This document shows positions 1 to 12,779 of a DNA stretch of 64,000 nucleotides, in pieces. The translations under genes and the position numbers were made by a program. How positions within the stretch are numbered: position 1 is the first letter of the stretch; every line of letters begins with the position of its first letter. The stretch is from Eukaryota sp. GEM-RC1 (Eukaryota). The notes beneath the pieces were generated by a model, which was not told the DNA's origin, did not search any database, and was given only the letters and a program-made list of their open reading frames with translations. The stretch is from the NCBI GenBank assembly GCA_040285855.1, contig JAUFOQ010000010.1, positions 806,001 to 870,000 of the forward strand, given 5' to 3'.

Positions 1-308
1 TACACTTGGATTATACTTGAAATTGATTAATCGAAACCAACGGCTGACCAAATGATTGTAGTCATTGAGAATCTTTGAGCTCAATCTTTGGTACAAGATG
101 ACATCAGATTTTGATATACACAAGAAACAAAAGCTGAAAAATGAAACAATAACAATATCTCCAGCAACACTGATAGAGCTGAATCCAAATTTGTATGATA
201 TCGACGTTAAAACATGGGAAAAGTGGGTAGCTATGTTTGCAAAAAACAACACAGTAGCCTCCATTGGACCTCCAGTACTACTGAAAGATCTCTAACAGCA
301 GTCTAGGT

Positions 309-1490
309 CAGTGATCGTCAAACCGTAAAATAAAAATATGGTACGGTACCAACTAATGCTTTCCGTAAAATAGAGTTTGCCGTAAAATACGGAAATTATT
401 TACGGTAAAACATTTCCGTAAAATATGTATTTTTCCGTAAACAATGCCAAGACGATCCAAACATGATGGTCTTCTTAAACACTTCTTTACGAAGCTGGCA
501 GACCCTACACAGCCTCCTAGGAACCATACTGTAATCTCTTCTGACTGCTGCAGGTGCAAGTCCTATCAACCCATTTTTGTCACTTGGCTTAAGAATGGAA
601 AGGGATACACCAATCTTCTGTACCATGCCAAAGCAGATCATTTTCATGAGTATCTTAGTTTTGAATCTGCGGAACATCCAGAAAATATTGCTCAATTTAA
701 TGTGCCAATTCTCTCGAAAAAATCCTCGGAATCTCACCGGGTAGATAGAGCTCTATACAGAAACCCAGGAGTCTTTGGCTTTTGTCAAAAATCCAACAGT
801 ACGCAAACACATGAAATTAGAACCCATCTGTGTGAATACACTCAAGAAATATGTACAATTGGTGTACTCCTAAGCGATTTGGTATACTTTTTGATGGATG
901 GAAACACGGCCCCTCCTCCACCGAATTTGTGGCTATTTTTGCATGCGCTCCCAATGAACTTGACCCCATTCTTCTGGGTTTTCTTCCTTTTGAATTGGAG
1001 CCAGAACAGAACGATGCTATCATTCCTACTTCAACTATTATGTTAGGTGTATCTAACTATTACGACTTGATAGTCACTATTCTAACTGCATTTTCACGAA
1101 AAGCTGAAGACGTGTTGTTTATTGTGGGTGATCATACATCAGTCAACAAAGCTCTTGCAGTCCGTTTCGGTGTTCCAATGATTGGCTGTTACAGTCATCA
1201 GTGAAGATAATTATTGATTCCAATCAACGTCTTATTGACCAAATTACTCTCCTGTTTAGTAGACTCCGCCACGTAAAGAACTCGATGATACTAAGAACAA
1301 AAACAGATCAAAAACCCGTTAAAGGAAACGTAACAAGATGGAGTAGCACTTACATACTGCTCAAAAGGTATTTACAATTTTCTGACCTTAAAGTCTTCGA
1401 TGTCTTTGACATAGATGTAAGATTACTCTTACCTACCAACCAATGTCGAAGAAGACACCTTATCAAACTTAGTAAAGACTCTTGAGACCG
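309..1490 (+). mobile_element. hAT DNA transposon remnant (BED finger plus N-terminal half of transposase, frameshifted and truncated)
   Basis: Starts CAGTGATC with ccgtaaa/tacgg subterminal repeats. ORF pieces 444-1485 give a BED finger (HFF..CCRC..GYTNLLYH..H), FDGW, IVGDH, GCYSH and NVTRWSSTY. The 8-mer GTCTAGGT flanks it at 301-308 and 1491-1498. Confidence 0.85.
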
Positions 1491-2719
1491 GTCTAGGTGA
1501 TGAGTTAGTGTTTAAACAGACATATGTTGTAGCTCAACAAATCTCACAGGACCTCAGCTTACAAGAATCCTTACTTATCATGATTGATTTAAAAACTGCT
1601 GAAATCAATTCAGAAAATTAAAAAAGTAAACTATGTATATTAATAATGTCAGCTAGACTGCAGGTAACCAGAAAAAGTATCTGCACACGATCAAAAATGA
1701 CACCTGAAGCAGTGAAGAACAGAAAACGCGGCTGGAGCTCTGCATCTATCACCTCAAAATTCAATTCAGTATAAGTAACTTTAACAAAGTATTGGTTAAT
1801 AAATAATTAGTGCTACTAGTAGTTTAAACCAAAATATAGAACATTTGTTACAGAAGAGTTACAGAAGATGAAGAGAGGTTGAAACAAGTTTTGTGTAGAA
1901 AGGAAAAATAAGGGGGGAATTCTCACAAAATGAAAAACATTGAAGTGGTAAGTATTTCTCTCAACACCAACTAGAATCATTAAACAAATGGTTGAATAAA
2001 ATAAAAGGAAGAATAAGTAGATGAAAATTTTACTACTAAGAAATGAACATTCTCTAGGGATGAAAACTCTGCTTCAGTCAGACAAACCAAAAGAATCGCA
2101 AAAAAGTGAAGACGTGGGAAAAAAATACCCCATAACCACACATTGAGAAGATAGTGACAGTAAGAGGATAATCCAATGGAGAGAGTTAAGACAATGTTAG
2201 AAGAAGGTAGATCAACAAGACATACCAGAGTTTAGTCCTACTGTTAGCATACTGGTAGGAACAAGAGGAACAAGAAGTGGCTAGGAGAACAGTGTTAGTT
2301 ACAGTTTGAAGGTTAAGATCACGTGTAATATTGAACTTTTCACATAGTTTCTAATAGAATTGAACAGAATATTGACCGACAAAGAGGATCATATCTCATC
2401 TTCTTGTCTTTCAAGACATTCCCATATAAAGACTGTTCATTAACAAGTAGAGTGAAAATAGAAGAATCGTAGAACCAAGGTTCAATGACTTTAGAACGAG
2501 GAACAGGGAATGTGGAGGATATGTTTGAGATTTAAAGAGGGTGATAGTAGTAGTCATTATAGCAAGGTGAATAAGTGCACGAGCCTACGTTACATGTATA
2601 CTGATAAAGTGGTTAGGTTCAAGACAGAGAGAAGTGGATTTCAAAGGATGTGCTTGCTTTGCCCTAGTCACACGATTGACTTGAAAAACGGCCAACATGT
2701 TCTGAAAAGTATTGGTCCT

Positions 2720-3984
2720 ATGTCTTGTTTTGACATTCCCTTGACGAGTAGCCGTTCATTGGATGCTGTATCAGTTACTGACAGTGTTGAGCCCAATGTC
2801 ATTTCCTCTTCTTGTATCTCTTTTTCGAATCCTAGCTGTGCTTCGTATTCCCCTGACAATTCTCCTTCCAGTCATGTCCACTTCCAACAATCACTTCTCA
2901 CGTTGATACACCTTCATTTTCTGAGTCGTTTGTTTGAGTCTTCTCTTGAATGGAATCGTCATGAACCTCGTGATGCTCTCCTTAAGTTGAAGAAAGATCT
3001 TCTTACTATCTTTAAGAAAGTTGGCTGTGTAAGTCATCATTTCTTTGAGTCTGCTCTACTTGCAACCAATGTGTTTTTTCAAATCAAAACGTTTCATGTC
3101 GTTCCAAAAGACATTTTTCAAGTCCTTTCTTTTGCTTCCTTTTTTGGAGCAGATGTACGTTCTGTTTCGTCCACGAACATGGGATCTTTAGATGGGAAGA
3201 ATCGCTGAACTATTCAAATGTAATTTCAGGATTAGAAGTGAATATATGGGATCACAATGACTTGGAGTTTCTGAACAAGTCTTTCAAGTACTTTCCACGT
3301 CTTAAGCAACTTCATGTGCTTGTTGATTTTACTCCTATTTGTATGTCGTTAATCGAATTGTTGAAAGTTAATACTACAGTTTCAAGTATCAACCTGGATT
3401 ACAACACAATTGGAGCTGAAGGTGCGAGAGATTTGGCAGATACGTTAAAAGTTAATACTACAGTTACAAGTGTTAATATGAGTTACAACTCTATTGGTGA
3501 TGATGGTGCTAGAGCTTTGGCAGAGGCGTTAAAAGTTAATGCAACACTTTCAAGTGTTTGTATGAGGGGAAACTCTATTAAAGGTGAAGGTGTCACAGCT
3601 TTGGCAGAAATGTTAAAAGTTAATAACACAATCACAAATATGGATCTTGGCTGGAACTCTATTTTAAATGAAGGTGCTAGAGTGTTAGCAGAGGCGTTGA
3701 AAGTTAATACAACAGTTACAAGTATTGATCTTGGGGACAACTCTATTGAAGATGCAGGTGCTAGAGCTTTGGCAGAGGCGTTGATAGTTAATACTTCAAT
3801 TACAAGTGTTAACCTGGATTGCAACTCTATTGGAGATGAAGGTGCCAGAGCTATGGCAGAGGCGTTGATAGTTAATACTTCAATTACACGTGTGGATCTG
3901 GAGTGCAACTCTTTTGGAGATCAAGGTGCTAGAGCTTTGATAAATGCTTTGAAAGTCAATAGCATGGTTAAACTCAGATATTAG
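2720..3984 (+). CDS. LRR family protein (shared N-terminal domain + 7 RI-like LRRs), one frameshift near 3170
   Basis: ORF 2510-3208 carries QQSLLTLIHLHFL and KKVGCVSHHFFESALLA. ORF 3238-3984 carries NDLEFLNKS and 7 repeats of LKVNTTVTSxxLxxNSIGxEGARALAEA. Start ATG uncertain. Confidence 0.85.
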
Positions 3985-4379
3985 ATAAACTTAATCGGTT
4001 AGTTATATTCTCTCATTGAAACAAAACCCGATATTACTGGTTAACCAATACCAAATTGAAACATTCAATAAACATTTTTTATGAAATAAGATTTTGATAA
4101 TTACAACATATAGATATAACTGTAATGTTAGCCTGGATCAAGAAGAATAAAACTATGTTGATCAGCAGTCTGAGAGAGCAATCATCCAGGCTGATTTTAA
4201 GTGTTTCTTTTAATTTGTTCTGAGAAATCAAGAGGATAAACTTCCTTCTTAGCATCTTTAAAAGCACTTTGTAAATGGACCAACAGAAATCACATGACGG
4301 AACGTCAGTTCATCATTGATTTAAAGTACAATGATATCGATTCCTCGGTTACCACGCATCAAAAGGACATCTTCATGAC

Positions 4380-5960
4380 AGATATCACCACGTATTTCCT
4401 GATTGTATTGATGAACTACCTCAAGAAGTTGTGAATAATTGCCTCAAAGATAGTGTAATAGTATTGAAATTCTTTTTATTGTTTCCATTAAATAAAATCG
4501 CTCGTCCCATTTTTGTAACTTCTTAAACTACACTAAAGTCTCTTGTGACAATTTGGATTAACGTTATTACTCGATTTTTATGCTAATTGGTTAAGCTGAG
4601 AATGGATACTTCCTATTGTTTGAAGCTGTTGTTCTTGCACATGGATAAGAATAGTCAAGAATTACACTTAATTAAAACGAAGAAGTGGTACCGATTCAAA
4701 CTGTTTTAAGAAAAATCTCTGATGTTCATCATGAGATTGAATTATGTAATCAAGAAAGACGCCCTGCAATTAAGAAATACTTAAAGAACTTTGTTTTAGA
4801 AGAATACAAACAAGTAATGCTCAACAGTGGAGGCATTCCACTATTTCCAGTTGGTCATTACTCCCTCGACTTATGGTAATGGTTGGTGACACTATTGAAA
4901 CAAATTTGGACACCAATATCAAAACCCGATATCACCAGTACAGTGACAAATTTATTAATGTTTATTTCCAAAAAACTGATCGAAGAACAAAGCGTCCGAA
5001 AAGAAAAGTCTTTATTCCGTTGGAGACTAAGACAAGTTAAAAAGGTAACAGAAATCATATTCCAAAAACCACTGAATTAATAAATTTATTTATTCAAAAA
5101 TACTATGTAAAAATGACAATAGAAGAACTTTGAACATTGCGGACAAAATTAAACTGATGTGGGTAACTAACGACCATGTTGAAGAATTCTTTAGAGATAC
5201 AGATCCATCTCTAGATATAATATAAATGTTCTGTTCCCACCATCAATTCATATTCAAAACTCTAGTAGTATTTCTAAAAAGAAAGTGATTAATTCTCTAC
5301 TAGAATCAGTTCGTGGACATCCTCAATCGTGTATTAAATCTGTTATTCAAATAAATACCTGTTTTGAAAGTGAAGAAGCAAGTGCTTACAATGTAATTCT
5401 GATTGTTCGTCATACCACACCAGGTTTTGTTGATATAAACACACAAGGACTTTGGGGAATATTACCTTCCACTTTGTCAACACAACAAGTGAATGCCTAG
5501 ACGAAAGTGTCTTATTGGAACACAAAAGTTGAAAACTCAACACATGTCTCCTGAAGAACAAAATCAATTCTGGTCATACTTTTTTAACTTTAATCGTCCA
5601 TTTCAAAAAAGAGTATAAGTTTAACAATACCATTAAAATTGATGGTTTTTCTGCTTGTGTTGAACTTACTAGAGAGGACTGTGTGGGAATGTCATTTAAA
5701 CCAGATAGTGCAAAGTTCTCTAGTAAAGAAGATTATGTTCAAGACTATGATTTTGAAGAGTTTTCATTGAAAACAAAAGTGTTTATTGACCCTGGAACAA
5801 CAGATTTACTATATTTTTGTTCAGAGATAGTAAATAGGCCGTTTCCAGAGATAAAGAATACGAGTGTCTAAGATTAACAGAGACAGGATGGTATAGATGG
5901 TCAAGGGTTCATCAAAAGTTTAGAAGAGGAGAGCAAAAACAAATCATTATCTAGGATGGA
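4380..5960 (+). pseudogene. Degenerate Fanzor1-like (TnpB-derived RuvC nuclease) ORF, truncated after RuvC-I
   Basis: Ordered motifs across frames: IETNLDTNIKTRYHQYSDKFINVYF (~4895-4970), HPQSCIKSVIQINTCFE..YNVILIVRHTTPGFVDINTQGL (5320-5450), YKFNNTIKIDGFSACV (5615-5660), VFIDPGTTDLLYF (5780-5820). Stops and frameshifts throughout. Confidence 0.7.
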
Positions 5961-5994
5961 ATGAAAATGACAATTTATTGATGTTTGGTGACAA

Positions 5995-6130
5995 TAGGGA
6001 TGGTAATGGATTGGTTTGGTTTGGTTTTGGTTCTCAAAATTTGAACCAAGCCAACCCAGAACCACACACGTCTAAACCACATCAAACCAGTAGCATAGAC
6101 ATCTTAACCAAACCAGAACCACGAACCATA
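5995..6130. mobile_element. hAT-like element end with GGTTT/AAACC subterminal repeats
   Basis: Begins TAGGGATGG followed by clustered ttggtt/aaacc repeats. Partner end not found. Confidence 0.5.
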
Positions 6131-6371
6131 TGGTTCTTTTTATTTCAATAAATAGTTTTGTGTTTACTTGGAATAGTACAAAACACATTCTTCTTACATT
6201 TCTGATATACAATACCTTTTGGGAAAGGAACCTCAATCTCAACCTGAAGCTCAATCTCAACCTGAAACTCGCCCTACTTCTCCAACGAAGTATATCGTGT
6301 GAAACTACTTCTCGAAAATTGGTAGAAAGGCAAGATGCTCTTTATGTCTCCGTGTAATTACTATATATCTC

Positions 6372-6767
6372 ATGAAAGACCAGACAAAAAGGACCTTTAA
6401 TGTTGAAGAACTTCTCAATTATTCCAATGGTATTTCTGGATTAGAATTGGAATTACACAATGATTTGGAGTTTCTCAACAAGTCTTCCTTATTCTCTCCA
6501 CTTCTAAAGCAACTTCATGTTGGTGTTAATTCTTCTATTTCTATGTTATTAATAGAATTGTTGAAAGTTAATACTACAGTTACAAATATTGATCTAAATG
6601 GAATCCACGTTAGAACTGAATGTGTTAGAGCTTTGGCAGAAGTATTAAAAGTTAATACTACAATTACAAGTATTGATCTGAGTATGAATTCTGTTGGAGA
6701 TGCAGGTGATAGAGCTTTGGCAGAGGCGTTAAAAGTCAATAGCATTGTCAATATTAGATTAACGTAA
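6372..6767 (+). pseudogene. 5'-truncated LRR family member (2 LRRs)
   Basis: FNVEELLNYS..ISGLEL..NDLEFLNKSS followed by 2 LRRs. Lacks the upstream half of the family N-terminal domain. Confidence 0.75.
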
Positions 6768-6912
6768 TCAAAGTTGTACTTTGGAGTTAGTATTTAGTAT
6801 GTGGAACAAGAATCAAGACACAGAAGACTTTAAATACTTTTGATGTTTCCTCGTTAGGTTAAAAACAATATTGTTATTAGAATTTATTAATTATGTTATA
6901 ACGAGTATGAAC

Positions 6913-7260
6913 GAGAGTTGTCAAACCACTCGGCTCAAGCCATATCCAACCAAATTTGGATTGGCTTACTCAAATGATTCAAGCTAAAGCCAAACCATAT
7001 AGCTCAAGCCGTGGCTTGAACTTAAATCATAAAAAATGTATATGAACAAGCTGACCAAAATCATAACATAAATCGTCTCATAAGACAGACAAAGAGATCA
7101 CGTGTATACATATGACACATCCATGATTTTGATCATTATTAATTTTCTTAGTTCGACACTTCTCTCTCTCATGACTGAAAAATCACCGAGGAAGTCTTAC
7201 GTTTCCCACCACTTCCCCAGATGGTCATGAGGTTATAGTGGAAAGACGTCGTGTATTTCA
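6913..7260 (+). mobile_element. Partial copy of the hAT element family at 20322-21263 (opposite orientation)
   Basis: gagagttgtcaaac and ggctcaagcc repeats, plus atgactgaaaaatcac..gttatagtggaa, match the reverse complement of ~20860-21263. Confidence 0.7.
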
Positions 7261-7810
7261 AACGTACAAGAGTGTATATCCAAACGATATTAAATCATGC
7301 CCGTTTATGTAGTACAAACTCCACAGTAATGATTATCAAGAATAAGGATAGGAGCTGCCACAAGTATTTAGGGAGCGAGGAACAGAAACTATGGGGAACA
7401 AGTGAGTGTTGTCTTCATAAGGCATTAAAAAGAAGTATCATTCGACTAATTCGAGTGTGAAATCAAATTGAATACTTTCAATTTAGCACAGTAGTTTTGC
7501 ATTTTGAATTTCTCACCGTTAAAAGGAGGGTTTTTGGCTTTAGATTTAAGCAGTTTCTTATTGAAACCATTACATCCATCAACAGAAATCATCAGCAATA
7601 ATGAAATAATGTGACATATGATGTTCCATACATTTGAACATCATGTACCTATCCACTTAGATTACTTTCAATACCCTAAATTTCGTGCTAAAAGCAATAC
7701 ATCTTTATAAATTTATAATTAACATCTAATTCTATCTTTTCCAAGGAGTTGTACAAGAATTCAACTTGTGGTTTACACTTCCACATTTTCCACATAGAGG
7801 CGTTGAATTC

Positions 7811-8581
7811 AAAGCATAGTTCGAAATGCGTACGGCACGTTCAGCAACGTACTCCATACGCGCACGTGCGGAATACGTGCGGCTTCTTTTTACCGTATTC
7901 CAACGTATTCTTTTTAATACTCTTTTCTGTTAACCAGCATCTATTTTATATTATAAAATACTATTGATGATACACAAACTATAACTCTTCATTAACGCAG
8001 GGATTCACAACAATATGGTCTTCTGGTTCATTTTCAAGAATGTCATGGTCCTCATCTTGAGACTCAGCAATAAACTGATCAATTACCCAGGGATCACAAG
8101 GTCTTTCTTCAGTGATTTTAATAATCTGGTCAGTCTTTGATTGGTGTAAAGAAATACCAAATCATTCAGGAGTGAAGCTTTCATCCTATTGCGTTTCTTG
8201 GTTTTAATATTGGAGTGCACAATCCGATGTCTCTTGGCAAGCACCACTACAAGCTGATTAACTTACAATCTTGATTACTACAGTGTAATTAACGAAGAAT
8301 ACCATCCCGTGGGCCCTTTTTTTCCCACAAAGATTTGGGTGAACATTTCTCCATGTCTTGACATTATGATGTTTTTTTGTCAAAGCAACGTTTGTTCTCG
8401 TATTCATAGAACTCATTTAGAGCATCAGTGTTATGTTCTAATGTAATGAACCATATAAAAAATGCAACACGTGTTTATGGAAGAATACGGTATTCTCGCA
8501 CGTGTTCTGCCGTACTCCATACGCGCACGTGTGGAATACGTTCGGCAACTCAATAACACGTTCGCATTTCGAACATACCTG
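7811..8581. mobile_element. Non-autonomous TIR element
   Basis: Inverted ends gttcgaaatgcg / cgcatttcgaac. Direct subterminal repeat cgtactccatacgcgcacgtg(c/t)ggaatacgt near 7848 and 8511. Confidence 0.6.
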
Positions 8582-9060
8582 AAAAATACAGTCTTATTGT
8601 ATTTTATGTATTATGTATTTTATGTATTTTTTGTATTGTATCAAATCGTTTCCTGTATTGTATTTTTTGTATTTTTTTATGAGTTGTGCATTTCTGGTAC
8701 TGTAACTGAATAAAAGCTATCTTGTAGTGTCAATGTTGCTTTTTTTCAACTTACAATAAGCTACACCTATTTGTACTCTAAATTACAATGACGGAAACAT
8801 TAAACGAATAAACAATTATAATCTATTGTTGCAAATATAGTGTAATTTAACAAATTGATCTAAAATGTAAATCTAAAATACAAAAGAATGCAAACCTTTA
8901 CCCTCAAGTTTCTCTACTATCAGGCCACTCCATATCAACCCTTGATTTCGTACTTTTTGAAGATACTTTTCTTTATTTCCAGGAGTTTCTTGAAGTTTTT
9001 TATATCAAGAAGCGGAGAGAGTTGGTGTCAATAATAACTCAAATTTGTACATGAATACAG

Positions 9061-9155
9061 TACAGTCTACCCTCTGAATAGTGACATTTCTGAACAGTGA
9101 CACCCTCGATATAGTGACTGCCGCTGGGGTGTCACTAATTAGAGGGTAGAATGTA
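9061..9155. mobile_element. 95-bp pogo/Tc1-like MITE
   Basis: TACAGTCTACCCTCT ... AGAGGGTAGAATGTA (14/15 inverted match), TA ends, internal agtgac repeats. Confidence 0.7.
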
Positions 9156-9323
9156 TTGTTGTTTTCAAATACTATTTTCATGACTAAATGTAGATAACAA
9201 CAAAAACTTTTGTCGATTACTGCTTCAATTATCAAATACAAACATATTGTGATAAACGAAGAATACATGTTGTTTTCAGTGTAGAACAAAATTCGATTTA
9301 TTTCAAATTAGTTCCAAAACAAC

Positions 9324-10716
9324 CTACCAAATCTCTTCAACAACAGCATCATCTTCACTCATATACACACCAGTCAACAACTTCACCAGCCACTCAACAT
9401 CAACCACTGAGCAAGTCTCCCTAATAGAGTGCATACCCCACATTCCTAATCCCAAGTCAAGTACTTGCATGGTAGAATGACTGGATATATGAGGTCCAAT
9501 AGTACTACCACCAGGAACACTTTCCTTACCAGTGAACCATTGTAAAGGAATTCCATTGTTCTGAGACACTTTCATTACAAGAGACAAAGGTGATAGGTTT
9601 GTCATATACTTTACTTTGGCTGATGTCTTAATACAAACCCCCTTTCCAAGCTTACATTGATGTTGAGAGTCAGATCTATCAGAATGAGCAGGGTGGATAG
9701 CATGTGCACCGTCAGCAGAAATGATGAAGGATCTGTTAATGAAACCTTCAACTCCAACTGAAGAGGAATTGTTTAGAGATGAAAAGATACGTTCACATGC
9801 ATATGAAGTGAAGTTACTCTTGGCACCAACGTTAGAGCAACTTCCAACTTCTTCATGGTCAAAGATCACAAGACTCTTGATGGAAGAGAAATCAGTGGTA
9901 GATAGAGATAGTAGGGCTTCAAGGGAACAGAAGGCAGAGACTTTGTTATCTAGACCTTGACCAAGGACGAAGTCTCCACGTGGACCAAGAATTGATGGAG
10001 GTTGAGTGTCAGCCAGTTCAAGATCTAAGTGAAGGATGGATGAAGGTTCTACATCAATTAAAGAGGAAAGTTCTTGGAGAAGAATTGAGTTTGAAGTTGA
10101 AGAGACAAGAAAGTTATCTTCCTTTTTGCCTTCGTCCTTCTTTTGTTTCTTCTTTCTTCTCCTCATGATCTAGATAGAACACTGGCTTAAGGTCCTTGTC
10201 TAGGTCAAGTTGTTGGCCCTCGCTTTTGTTTTTTCGAAGATGAATAGCTAGTGAAGGAATGAAGAGCAGAGGCTTTTGGATATGTACAAGTTTAGTAGCA
10301 ACGGAGTCATCACTCTTCTTGTACAATACTCGTCCAGCTACAGTTAGATCACGATCAAAGAAAGTAGACCAGAGACCACCACCATAAGTACTAAAGTCAA
10401 GGCAAACAGAACCAGAGGACTTATTGGGTAAGTTGTTTTTAGATCGGATCTTTAGAGTGGGTGAATCGGAGTGAGAACCAATGATCGAGATCTTGCTCGT
10501 GGTGGTATCGAAGGAAGATCCAACGATGAAAGCAAAGAGGGTGGTTTGATTGGAAGTGAAGAAGTACTTGTTCCCTGGTTGGAGATCCCAAACATTGGCG
10601 GATAAAGAGATTTCTTTGAATTGTGCTTCAAGAAGTCGAGATCGTGCAGATGCTATACAATGGTAGGTACTCTTGGCTTCAGAAAGGAAAGAGAGAAGTT
10701 TGTCTGATGTGGACAT
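9324..10716 (-). CDS. DNPEP: Aspartyl aminopeptidase (peptidase M18), one frameshift near 10140-10165
   Basis: GSHSDSP, YGGGLWSTFFDRDL, IPSLAIHL, LDN, FDHEEVGS, SADGAHA, GGSTIGP, MHSIRE. The frame break is in a purine-rich low-complexity stretch and is likely a sequencing indel. Confidence 0.93.
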
Positions 10717-11280
10717 GACTGAAAAGTTTTAGTGTTGTACAAAACGCATTTCCGTTTCTGAAACCAAAACGGCGTCTGTTTGACATTGCACAACTGTGTT
10801 AATTGGAAAACTTTGAGGACAAAATATTGAAGTCAACTTTAGTTAAGAATCTATCTAGCATACATAATACATGATCACTTCAATGTGCACTTACTGTGTA
10901 GGAGGTTCTTCCATTGATGTTTACATTAGAAGCAAAACGACATCTTGCAATTACTTCGTTAGTGTTTGTAAATTATTTTATCAATGACTTGATTGCTTTA
11001 ATGACGAAAACGCTAAACTAGTTGTGCTCAACTTGACATTTGTACTATTTGAAGAGTAGTTTTTGACTAGTTTCTGAAAAAAGAACTTTTTTAAGATTAA
11101 ACAAGGTTGTTGTGCTCAAAAAGAATCGACATGACTTAATCAAATGACACAGTCAAATTCAAGTTGGTTTGAAATTTTCCGAATCAAGTGATATGGTTCA
11201 AGTCGTTGACAGCTCTACACTTCAGACATTAAGTTTTGAAATACAGAAGCTAAACTATTGAAATACATGTGTAGAAAACC

Positions 11281-12474
11281 TTATGAATAGAGATTCAATA
11301 GATTCACTTCTACTATTTTAACTTTTCGATTTACTTTTAACATCTCTGCTAAAGCTCTAGCACCTTCATCTCCAATAGAGTTGAAACTCACATCAACACT
11401 TGTAACTGTAGTATTAACTTTTAACATATCTGCTAAAGCTCTAGCGCCTTCATCTTCAATAAAATTGATACTAAGATCAACACTTGTAACCGTGGTATTA
11501 ACCTTTAACGCTTCTGCCAATGCTGTGATACCTTGATTACGTATATTATTTTCAGACAAATTAACATTTGTAACTCTGGCATTCACTTTCAACATCTCTG
11601 CCAAATCTCTAACACTTTCATCTTCAATAGAGTTGGCACTAAGATCAACACTTGTAACTGAAGTATTAATCTTTAACGCTTCTGCCAATGCTCTGATACC
11701 TTCACATCCTACATTATTTCCCGACAAATTAACAATTGCTAATCTAGCATTCACTTTCAACATATCTGCCAATGCAATGATAAGTTCATCATGGTAATAG
11801 TTACCACTCAGATTAATACTTGTCACTGTATCATTAACTTTCAACGATTCCATCAATGACATAAACACAAGATAAAGAACACCATCAATGTGAAGTTCTT
11901 TAAGATTTGGAAAGAAGAGCGAAGACTTGTTAAGAAACTCCAAGTCATTGGGATTACCTACTGTCAATTCCAATCCTGAAATTATAGAAGAATAACTAAG
12001 CATCTCTTCAACTTTAAAAGTCCCGTCTACGCGTGGGAAAACAGATCGTACTTCTGCTCCAAAGAGAGAAGCAAATGAACAGATTTGAGGAAGATCTTGA
12101 GGTGTTACATGAAACGTGTTTGTTTGAAGAAACACATTGGTTGCCAGAAGAGCAGATTCAAAGAAGCGGTCGCTTACATAGCCAACTTTCTTGAAGAAAG
12201 TAAGAACATCATTCATCATATAGGTAATAGAGCGACGAGGTTCATCACGTTTCCATTCAAGAGAAGACGCTAACAAATGATTCAATAAGTGAACATCTAC
12301 CAAGGTGAGCAGTGTTTGTTGAAAATACATGGGGCGGGAAGGAGAACGGACAACGAAACAAGAAGAGGATGAAGCATTAGAACTAGGTTTGGAGGATGAG
12401 ATAGCAGAAAGAGAAGTTACATTATCTGGATGATAATGGTCTAAAGAATTGATAAGAGGGTGTGACATGTTCAT
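11281..12474 (-). CDS. LRR family protein (shared N-terminal domain + 6 LRRs)
   Basis: Intact 397-aa ORF with Ser-rich leader, FKKVGYVSDRFFESALLA domain and 6 x 28-aa repeats. Confidence 0.9.
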   Translation of the reverse strand: MNMSHPLINSLDHYHPDNVTSLSAISSSKPSSNASSSSCFVVRSPSRPMYFQQTLLTLVDVHLLNHLLASSLEWKRDEPRRSITYMMNDVLTFFKKVGYVSDRFFESALLATNVFLQTNTFHVTPQDLPQICSFASLFGAEVRSVFPRVDGTFKVEEMLSYSSIISGLELTVGNPNDLEFLNKSSLFFPNLKELHIDGVLYLVFMSLMESLKVNDTVTSINLSGNYYHDELIIALADMLKVNARLAIVNLSGNNVGCEGIRALAEALKINTSVTSVDLSANSIEDESVRDLAEMLKVNARVTNVNLSENNIRNQGITALAEALKVNTTVTSVDLSINFIEDEGARALADMLKVNTTVTSVDVSFNSIGDEGARALAEMLKVNRKVKIVEVNLLNLYS

Positions 12475-12779
12475 GTTCTATGAAGTAGAAGAGGTATGGG
12501 GAAATTGTGCTGATCCAACAATTCGTCTATGTGTCCATGAACCAAGTGATTGTTGTGGCGGGATTGCAGATGGTGTTTGTCAAAGGCTGATACGGAAATC
12601 GTAGTACAACTACACCTACATCTATGTACATCGATTGTATTTTTGTTTATTACAACTTGTGCGGCACTTTCAGCAGATTTATTGTTTAATCAGAGTAACA
12701 CTAATTACTTGTAGAATATTGATTATAAGAATGTATTTAATTCAATTTTTCGTTGAAGTATATACGAACAATTAGAAGT

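Noticed and set aside
1500..2700. Purine-skewed region that could hide a minus-strand gene with tiny introns
   Set aside because: I could not assemble a consistent spliced reading frame or recognise any motif.
3340..3960. 84-bp periodic repeats resembling a CRISPR array
   Set aside because: They are in-frame coding LRR units with no repeat-spacer structure and no cas genes.
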